From the NCBI RefSeq assembly GCF_006345805.1, contig NW_021829743.1, forward strand, positions 1 through 5,955: DNA of 5,955 nucleotides. Direction: 5' to 3'. A program made the position numbers and the translations under genes. Positions 1-5,950 of this stretch are shown here, in pieces (positions within the stretch are counted from its first letter, which is position 1; the number at the start of each line of letters is the position of its first letter). This stretch comes from Octopus sinensis. Lineage: Eukaryota. A model generated the notes under the pieces. The model did not search any database. It saw only the letters and a program-made list of their open reading frames with translations, and was not told the origin of the DNA.

Positions 1-108
1 ACACACACACACACATAATACATACATACATGCATACATACATACATACATGCATACATACATAATGCATACATACATACATACATGCATACATATATAA
101 AAAAAAAA
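1..108. repeat. Compound microsatellite (CA)n/(CATA)n/(CATG) ending in an A-run
   Basis: Directly visible acacac..., repeated catacatacatg units, then aaaaaaaa before unique sequence starts at ~109. Confidence 0.95.
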
Positions 109-120
109 TGAAATTCTAAC

Positions 121-234
121 TGAAACAGCAGTATAGAATTGCATGATGTATTTTCCAAAATTCTTGCATATTTCCATGGTTCCGTTTAGAGAATGAATCT
201 GCAGAATAAGTATTTAGTTGCTCTACTTCTCTGC
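121..234 (-). CDS. Candidate internal coding exon (114 nt, phase 1-1) of an unidentified host gene: (G)REVEQLNTYSADSFSKRNHGNMQEFWKIHHAILYCCF
   Basis: Minus strand has acceptor ggaattttcag|gc (AG = 236-235) and donor ttca|gttaga (GT = 120-119). Length is divisible by 3 and the phase-1 frame is open. It is a non-repetitive island between microsatellites. Its phase matches the phase-1 end of the 5706-5772 exon (G+GC = Gly). Protein family not recognised. Confidence 0.6.
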
Positions 235-369
235 CTGAAAATTCCACAGTTTGGTTATTATTACTTAAACAGTTTGTAGCAGAACCAAACGAGATGATAA
301 TTACACTTACAAATATATATTTATCGCCTGGCTACAGAAGCTGTGGGTTTTGATGCACTTGTGGTGTAT

Positions 370-412
370 TACATATATACATGCATACATATATATTTCT
401 GCATATATATAT

Positions 413-451
<39 letters not shown>

Positions 452-725
452 ATGCATATACATATATAATATAGATAATATATAAATATATGCATATATA
501 CATACATATATGTACAAACCCACATTTACATGTATACATAGTAATATATATCTGTGGGTGTCATGACATGTATATTGATATGTATATATCCATGTGCATG
601 CATGTGTATATTTATATGTATGTGTGTGTGTGTGTATATGTATATATATTATATATATATATTATATTATATATATAATATAACATACATAACGTATATA
701 TACGTGAATACTTTATTATTATATC

Positions 726-774
<49 letters not shown>
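370..774. repeat. Large compound (TA)n/(TG)n/(TATG) low-complexity tract
   Basis: (TG)13 at 425-450, long (TA)n around 732-765, and degenerate TA/TG/CATA repeats in between. Confidence 0.95.
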
Positions 775-939
775 AGAAACTTGAATAATATCTGTTACTT
801 GTATTTTAAACCCTATCAGTCAGCAGCTGGTCTTAAAAGTCATCTAAGGACTCATGCATCAGCGGAGTGATTGTACTGTGTGATGGGTGTGGTGTGTGTA
901 TTGATGGGACGGCTATCATCTCTCGAGAAGACGCAATCA

Positions 940-940
<1 letters not shown>
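775..940 (+). mobile_element. Probable 3' terminal fragment of an RTE-clade LINE (C-terminal C2H2 finger, stop, short 3' UTR), followed by a (CA)n tail
   Basis: 775-870 reads RNLNNICYLYFKPYQSAAGLKSHLRTHASAE*, i.e. C-x2-(C>Y, tgt>tat)-x3-Y-x5-L-x2-H-x3-H. This resembles the 'S.xGLxSHxRTH' end of RTE ORFs. A ~70-nt UTR ending ...acgcaatcatc runs into a simple-repeat tail. Alternative: a remnant of a C2H2-ZNF gene. Confidence 0.5.

Positions 941-1004
<64 letters not shown>
941..1004 (+). repeat. Perfect (CA)32 microsatellite
   Basis: Uninterrupted CA dinucleotides from 941 to 1004. Confidence 0.98.
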
Positions 1005-1005
<1 letters not shown>

Positions 1006-1025
1006 CATATCATATCATATAATTA

Positions 1026-1129
1026 CAATGTACATTTAAGCATTAAAGAGATGCCCATAATAGGACATGTAACCCCTTAGGGGTAGATGTCCTATTATGA
1101 CCAACCCTTATGTGTTTAAATGTACACTG
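1026..1129. mobile_element. 104-bp foldback (fully palindromic) Tc1/mariner-type MITE with TA target-site duplication
   Basis: TA at 1024-1025 and 1130-1131. Left arm caatgtacatttaagca-ttaaagagatgcc-cataataggacatgtaacccct; reverse complement of right arm cagtgtacatttaaaca-cataagggttggt-cataataggacatctacccct. Matches are 15/17, 6/13 and 20/22, centred at 1078. The CAGTG...CACTG termini with a TA TSD are typical of Tc1-like elements. Confidence 0.75.
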
Positions 1130-1239
1130 TATTTATATGAATAATTTATAGTCTATTGACTAGTATTTTTTTCACGCTAGACCAATGGTAGCAAAACATT
1201 TCTAAATACTTTTTTTGCTACCCTGATATTTATTGATAT

Positions 1240-1310
1240 ATAATATATATATATCGATAGATAAATAGACAGATGTGTGTGGATATGTGCGCGTGTGTGT
1301 GTGTACACAC

Positions 1311-1341
<31 letters not shown>

Positions 1342-1435
1342 TGTATGTATGTATGTATGTATGTATGTATGTATATATACATTCACTCACACACAGACCC
1401 ACGCGCACATACACACACGTGTACCCTATGTATGT
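1240..1435. repeat. Compound microsatellite containing perfect (TATG)15 at 1312-1371
   Basis: Directly visible TA, TG, CA and TATG tracts. Confidence 0.95.
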
Positions 1436-1479
1436 TCCTTTATCTCTTCCTCCTTTCATTTCTTCATCTCAAACATCAA

Positions 1480-2033
1480 CATCTCTCACCAATAGCGGAG
1501 GCGCCGACTTCCAGCGCTGAAACAATTATTGGAATTTGGACAGTGTCTACCAAACAGTCATGCATACATGCATATGTGCTTGCATGCATGTTATTTCATG
1601 TGTGGATCAGTATATTTCAATATATGCATGTGTACGATAATTCACATACATTTTTGTCTGTATACGTGTGGGTACTATTGAAATGCTTTGCACTTTCACA
1701 GTTCTATTAAGGGCCGTCAAGTACAATTTCTTAATTATCCCTGTTCTTTCTGGTTTCATAAAAAACAGCTTTCATGATTGGGGCTGAGGCATTTAACTAC
1801 GTCAAATATCTCCATAATCATATGGATTAATCTAAATTTCTCATCCGTATGCAGTTTCCTACAGATTTCTCATTAGTTTCATCCTTTATATATTAACGTC
1901 TCCTGAACAGTTGATATCCACTACCGTCCACACTTTCATTTCTCTGTCCAAGATCTTTGTGCCTGGTTTGTTATCCTTACATATTACAGATGTTTTTAAC
2001 TGTAATATTTTAACCATTATTCTTTCATGTTAT
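1480..2033 (-). mobile_element. Decayed RLE-type (R4/Dong-like) non-LTR retrotransposon: restriction-like endonuclease domain, C-terminus and 3' UTR (3' segment)
   Basis: 1981->1889 translates as CKDNKPGTKILDREMKVWTVVDINCSGDVNI, matching the RLE motif H-N-K/R-P-D-I-x-x-W-D...E/D-x-x-C-P-x-D-x-N-I. 1854->1694 translates as LHTDEKFRLIHMIMEIFDVVKCLSPNHESCF / FMKPERTGIIKKLYLTALNRTVK (one frameshift), then tgcaaagcatttcaa (C-K-A-F-Q). The 3' UTR aligns with the second copy at 5479-5527. Many stops and frameshifts. Confidence 0.8.
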
Positions 2034-2433
2034 AAAGGCGGCGAGCTGGCAGAAACGTTAGCACACCGGGCGAAATGCTTAGCGGTATTTCGTCTGCCGC
2101 TACGTTCTGAGTTCAAATTCCGCCGAGGTCAACTTTGCCTTTCATCCTTTCGGGATCGATTAAATAAGTACCAGTTACGCACTGGGATCGATGTAATCGG
2201 CTTAATCTGTTTGTCTGTCCTTGTTTGTCCCTTCTGTGTTTAGCCCCTTGTGGGTAGTAAAGAAATAGGTATTTCGTCTGTCTTTACGTTCTGAGTTCAA
2301 ATTCCGCCAAGGTCGACTTTGCTTTTCATCCTTTCGGAGGTCAATAAATTAAGTACCAGTTACGTACTGGGGTCGATCTAATCGGCTGGTTCCATCTTCC
2401 AAAATGTCGGGCCTTGTACCTAGAGTAGAAAAG
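2034..2433 (+). mobile_element. Dimeric tRNA-derived SINE inserted into the LINE, 15-bp TSD
   Basis: Head ggcggcgagctggcagaaacgttag with an A-box-like TGGCAGAAACG (2047-2057) and a B-box-like GAGTTCAAATTCC (2109-2121). Internal ~120-bp direct repeat at 2084-2202 and 2268-2387. TSD attctttcatgttat (2019-2033) versus attcttacatgttat (2434-2448), 14/15 identical. Confidence 0.9.
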
Positions 2434-3715
2434 ATTCTTACATGTTATGAGTTAGCATACCCACCATACAGTAATTTCTTTTTTGTTCTTCAGCATTATC
2501 CTCCCTACTGATTATATAGTTTTAAAATCTATTACGCCATACCCCATGATAATAATATGATGGCGCTTTTAGACATTTACTTATGATGTAGGTCATATCT
2601 TTGGTATTAATTCAACGCCGGTTGACACATCTTGCTGTTTTACTTACATTTGTATCTTTTTGGTGCAGCAAGCATTTCATTCATATTTCCTTTTTCTTGA
2701 TTGAAGGGCTAATATACCGGTTGTTGGCTGACTGTGAAGTTTTCTGGCAACAGAGCAATGCATAACATGTAACAGACAGCTTTTCGATAGTTGTACACCT
2801 GCGATAGAGCTGTGCAACTTCCCTGGGGGTGTGTTCCTAGCCACCCGATAGGGAATCCGCTTCGATTGACTCATTTCCCGACTTTCAGGTTGCTATTTGC
2901 CTCACGTAAGCATGCTTGATCCATGCACATATTTCAATGCTGGGTGGCCCATAGATGCTGCCGAAGGGATATGATGCGACATTCCACAGATGCTTGAATT
3001 GATTTTAAGCTTCTATGTTCTTGTTTACGTTTAAAGTAAAGGCAGTCTGCATAACTTTCAATACGGAAATTGCTGACGGTGAGTTCTTTATCGGAAGGCA
3101 TGAAAAGTGTCACTGCTTATTGGTTTATATGCAAAAACCACTGCAAAGTCTTCCGCAGATCAAGTCGTTTTTTCTCTATTTCATGATGCTATTTCTTTTA
3201 ATTATTGTGTTACTATTGTATACTTCTTCAGCATCTTCAGGACATTACTACAGTTGTCGAAAGAGAATATAAACACATTTATTTTGCCACTACGCATAAT
3301 TATTCTTCAGTATTCTGGTGTAAATATTCACACCCGATACCTTCTTATCAATATTAGTCAAATATCATCTGTCTTGTAGCGGGAGTTTTAAAATCGAGAT
3401 AATCTTTCTTTGAAACATTTTCCCTAATAATACATTATAATTATCTTCGCACTTATCATGTCTGCTGCTATGGTTACTGGGAGCAAGACGTGGATCATAA
3501 GTTTTACTGCCAGATAGAATATTGATCTTTTACTACACCTGCTGTAGTCCTATATGCTCTAGAAACATGCTCATGCCGTGCTATTTGCTCACTGCTCACA
3601 TATTTATGAATAAATATATAATTATCAATTCTTTTACATCCAATAAATGTTACTCGCCGGCACAATCAGTTTGTGGTGAGATATTTTAGCTCTAAATGAA
3701 GAAAATCCCATTGTA
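2434..3715 (-). mobile_element. Middle segment of the same decayed RLE LINE: partial RT, post-RT conserved motif and zinc-knuckle region
   Basis: 3047->2952 DCLYFKRKQEHRSLKSIQASVECRIISLRQHL (cf. post-RT 'DxLYxxRxxGGRGL' motif); 2836->2777 EHTPREVAQLYRRCTTIEKL; 2701->2654 IKKKEI*MKCLLHQKD (cf. 'AIQEQEI.T' motif); 2608->2567 NTKDMTYIISKCLK (cf. CCHC knuckle 'E.I.HI.S.C'). Weaker RT-like traces AGVVKDQYSI (~3540) and DKC...GK (~3450). No intact YADD-type motif was found, so the RT core appears deleted or badly decayed. Confidence 0.75.
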
Positions 3716-4281
3716 TTGGGTTGTCCGGAAAGTTCGTGCCAATTTTTAAAGGAAAGAAAAATGTCAATAAATAGTTGCTATTACATTTCTAATCAACCAA
3801 ATAAGAACCATTTTGTTGCACAATGCGTCTCCATCTTTCCTTTAACTTGAAAATACCCTCTTCCCAGAATTGAGGTAGTTTCATGGCAAAGAATTAATCA
3901 ACGTATCTTTTTACGTCATCCAAGGAATTGAAATTTTTACCATTAAGGCTATTCTGCAGAGACCTGAATAAGTGAAAATCCGAAGGAGCAATATCTGGTG
4001 AATATGGAGGGTGGGGTAACACATCCCAGCCGAGCTGCAGCAATTTTTGTCTGGTTCCCAAAGCATCAAGTGCCGAAAATGAACTTTCTTATCTTCCATT
4101 TTAAAGGGTTACAGAATTAACACAGGTTATAGGAACATAAACCTTCTTCCACGAAAAGATAGCTTAAACTGTGCTCTAAATGGAGGTGTTGTCAAATCCT
4201 ATTTTATGGACTCAAGCATGTTCTAAAATAAGTCTCAAGGTAAGCTACTATAAATCGGCACGAACTTTCCGGACAACCCAA
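3716..4281 (-). mobile_element. 566-bp internally deleted (non-autonomous) mariner element
   Basis: 30-bp TIRs: ttgggttgtccggaaagttcgtgccaattt (3716-3745) and the inverse at 4252-4281, 29/30 identical. TA TSDs at 3714-3715 and 4282-4283. Transposase remnants lie inside on the minus strand. Confidence 0.97.
3789..4099 (-). pseudogene. Mariner DDD transposase remnant: first 15 aa fused out of frame to the C-terminal ~88 aa
   Basis: ATG at 4099 gives MEDKKVHFRHLMLWE. A different frame then gives LGTRQKLLQLGWDVLPHPPYSPDIAPSDFHLFRSLQNSLNGKNFNSLDDVKRYVD*FFAMKLPQFWEEGIFKLKERWRRIVQQNGSYLVD*. The mariner YSPD(L/I)APSD motif is at 4004->3978, a premature TAA is at 3896-3894 and the natural TAG at 3791-3789. 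Confidence 0.95.
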
Positions 4282-4550
4282 TATTTTCATTCTGTTCATA
4301 TGAATAAGAAATTATCTTTACCGGCCACTTTATGGCAGTTATCTAAGTCATTATTGTGTTCGTAACTCCGAGAAGAACGTACTTCATAATTTCGGTTCCT
4401 TTTCTTTCTATAGCTACAGTAAATAAGATTCTGTTTAATTTTTGAGATAAAGCATATTTTTCTGTTTTCTCCGATGCTTCATGACATTGTTATGTCTAGC
4501 AATGCTGCTTGTAGTAATATCCCTCACAATCTTGAATAAAAGGTTTCTAT
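4282..4550 (-). mobile_element. Probable 5'-most surviving segment of the RLE LINE (pre-RT region)
   Basis: One frame gives VIETFYSRL*G...YCSYRKKRNRNYEV...CHKVAGKDN, weakly resembling the 'E.FW..IW' and 'WKAPG.D' motifs preceding RT in this clade. Removing the mariner rejoins atgaaaa-TA-caatggg. Confidence 0.45.
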
Positions 4551-4601
4551 AACGAATATAGTAAAACTATTAAACTAATCAACAGTTATTAAATAAAGCT
4601 G

Positions 4602-4643
<42 letters not shown>

Positions 4644-4675
4644 GTGTGTGTGTGTGTATGTGTGTGTGTGTGTGT
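4602..4675. repeat. (CA)n-(TA)n-(TG)n palindromic microsatellite
   Basis: CA arm 4602-4634, TA centre 4635-4643, TG arm 4644-4675. Confidence 0.95.
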
Positions 4676-4803
4676 GGAGGCGCAATGGCCTAGTGGTTAG
4701 GGCAGCGGACTCGCGGTCGTAGGATCGCGGTTTCGATTCCCACACCGGGCGTTGTGAGTGTTTGTTGAGCGAAAGCACCTAAAAAGCTCCAACAGGCTCC
4801 GGC
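4676..4803 (+). mobile_element. 3'-truncated tRNA(Arg)-like SINE head with Pol III A and B boxes
   Basis: ggaggcgcaa-TGGCCTAGTGG (A box 4686-4696) and GGTTTCGATTCCC (B box 4729-4741). The acceptor and anticodon stems do not pair. Non-tRNA sequence follows and then breaks off into CA/TG-rich repeats at ~4804. Confidence 0.8.
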
Positions 4804-4927
4804 ACATACACACATTTCGAAACTATATATATGTGTATGCGTCTGTGTAAGTATTTACGAATGTGTATGTGTGTATTAGCGTTTGTAGGAATGTGTATGC
4901 ATGTAAAACTGTATGCGTAAATGTATA
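4804..4927. repeat. Degenerate (TG)/(TATG) low-complexity tract
   Basis: atgtgtatg-type units separate the two SINEs. Confidence 0.75.
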
Positions 4928-5303
4928 CTCTTTTACGTGTTTCAGTCATTTGACTGCGGCCATGCTGGAGCACCGCCTTTTTGTCGAGCAAATCGACCCC
5001 AGGACTTATTCTTAGTAATCCTAGTACTTATACTATCGGTCTCTTTTTACCGAACCGCTCGGTTACGGGGACGTAAACACACCAGCATCGGTTGTCAAGC
5101 GATGCTGAGGAGACAAGACACAGACGCACAAATACACACACACATATATACATATACATATAGTCGACGGGCTTCTTTCAGTTTCCGTCTACCAAATCCA
5201 CTCACAAGGCTTTAGTCGGACCGAGGCTGTAGTAGAAGACACTTGCCCAAGGTCCCACACAGTGGGACTGAACCCGGTACCATGTGTTTGGTAAGCAAGC
5301 TAC
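4928..5303 (-). mobile_element. tRNA-derived SINE lacking its 5' A box, with an internal microsatellite
   Basis: The minus strand reads tgtagcttgcttaccaaacacatggtacc-GGGTTCAGTCCC (B box, 5275->5264), then a CORE-like ccttgggcaagtgtct, then ggaaactgaaagaagcccgtcg, an internal (TA)/(TG) tract (~5130-5162), a 3' module taagtac...ctggggtcgatttgctcgac and a tail gaaacacgtaaaagag. It resembles very abundant octopus SINEs (from memory). Confidence 0.85.
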
Positions 5304-5392
5304 ATTTGCATATGAATATAAGTCTATTGGCGTATACGCATAAATATGTAAAAATGTCTTCCTTTTTAGTTAAGTCTTTGAATTTATCTTTC

Positions 5393-5427
<35 letters not shown>

Positions 5428-5471
5428 ATCATCATCATCATCATTATCATCTTCATCATCATCATCATCAT
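5393..5471. repeat. (ATT)n/(ATC)n trinucleotide microsatellite, directly 3' of the second LINE fragment on the minus strand
   Basis: Visible attattatt... then atcatcatc... tracts. On the minus strand they read (GAT)n(AAT)n immediately after ...ccttacaa. Confidence 0.95.
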
Positions 5472-5670
5472 CTTGTAAGGAAGAGTCCGATTTCTTGCAA
5501 TGAAACAAAGTTTCATCGTTGGAATTTTAAATATCAACAATACTAAAAGAGTTACGTATTGAAACCTAGAAAACGTTTTGCATATTTTCACGCCTTTCCA
5601 CTGGAAAATAATATAAAAAAGAAGCATCATAATTTAGTCTTCCTCTAGGTCTCATGAGAACCGCAGTTAA
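5472..5670 (-). mobile_element. Second, short 3' end fragment of an RLE-type (R4/Dong-like) LINE
   Basis: tcc agt gga aag (gc) gtg aaa ata tgc aaa acg ttt gives SSGK-VKICKTF, the typical C-terminus of this family. gtgaaaatatgcaaaacgttt aligns with gtgaaag--tgcaaagcattt in copy 1. The 3' UTR aaattccaa...ttgtttcattgcaagaaatcggactcttcc aligns with copy 1 aaattccaa...ttgtttcagcgctggaagtcggcgcctcc. The 5' boundary is uncertain. Confidence 0.65.
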
Positions 5671-5705
5671 TTTAACAGCTACTTAAGCACAAGCAAATAG
5701 ACTAC

Positions 5706-5772
5706 CCCAATTAAGTAACACATAATCCAGTATCATATTAAAATTCTTCGACACAAATTGTTTTGAGCAATT
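5706..5772 (-). CDS. Candidate coding exon (67 nt, phase 0-1): NCSKQFVSKNFNMILDYVLLNW(G)
   Basis: Acceptor aattcctttatattctag|aat (AG = 5774-5773). Only the phase-0 frame is open. The donor ggg|gtagtc (GT = 5705-5704) is weak. Confidence 0.55.
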
Positions 5773-5889
5773 CTAGAATATAAAGGAATTAAGTATTATA
5801 TAAACCGTAAAGATTTATAAATATAAAACTATAAAAGCTTCAGTTACACAGAGTAATTGCCTTCAAGGCAAAGACGTTGAGGATCTCAC

Positions 5890-5950
5890 TTTTTGATACA
5901 TTCTATCCGAAGGAAAAAGGGTCTGCAGCATGTGTAATCCGTTGATCAGC
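5890..5950 (-). CDS. Candidate coding exon at the window edge: (R)LINGLHMLQTLFPSDRMYQK, ending in phase 0
   Basis: Good donor aaa|gtgaga (GT = 5889-5888) followed by a 117-nt AT-rich intron (5773-5889). Only one frame is open. Possible acceptor ttaag| at 5952-5951, but the exon may extend beyond the window. Confidence 0.6.

Noticed and set aside
304-336. Possible 21-nt minus-strand microexon (tgtag|ccagg...tattt|gtaagt)
   Set aside because: The donor is good but the acceptor context is poor and there is no independent support.
332-775. ORFs 332-523, 490-678 and 554-775
   Set aside because: Y/I/H/T/C/V/M-rich translations of TA/TG/CA microsatellites with no coding signal.
871-1080. ORF with poly-HT run
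   Set aside because: The HT run is (CA)32, and the ORF crosses the LINE UTR and the MITE.
1177-1710. Five overlapping ORFs including the 145-aa one
   Set aside because: They are open because (TATG)15 and TG/CA repeats lack stops; the remainder is antisense LINE 3' UTR.
1911-2243. 110-aa plus-strand ORF
   Set aside because: It is antisense LINE sequence running into a SINE head, a chimeric artefact.
2084-2387. CRISPR-like or prokaryotic repeat-spacer system
   Set aside because: There are only two ~120-bp units inside a SINE, no array structure and no cas-like ORFs, and the context is eukaryotic.
2641-2874. Perfect minus-strand donor GTAAGTA (2647->2641) and ORF 2677-2874 as a host exon
   Set aside because: Both lie within the LINE remnant. 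The LINE motifs are in another frame and no convincing upstream acceptor gives an open exon.
2880-2912. Plus-strand tttcag|gttgctatttgcctcac|gtaag 17-nt microexon-like pattern
   Set aside because: It is antisense to both the LINE and the inferred host gene and has no partner exons; probably chance.
3015-3379. Hydrophobic plus-strand ORFs 3015-3272 and 3107-3379
   Set aside because: They are antisense shadows of the A-rich LINE coding strand.
3911-4099. 62-aa ORF as a functional transposase
   Set aside because: Only the first 15 aa are in the transposase frame; the rest is out of frame after the deletion.
4180-4365. 61-aa plus-strand ORF
   Set aside because: It spans the mariner TIR and flanking LINE and has no coding features.
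4676-4752. tRNA-Arg gene
   Set aside because: The A and B boxes are present but the acceptor and anticodon stems do not pair and there is no T-run terminator. It continues into SINE body sequence.
4575-5630. ORFs 4575-4778, 4779-4991, 4913-5215, 5212-5508, 5243-5503 and 5424-5630 (poly-D, -I, -S, -M runs)
   Set aside because: They are built from SINE sequence and (ATT)/(ATC) or CA/TG repeats; the KICKTF part is explained by the LINE fragment.
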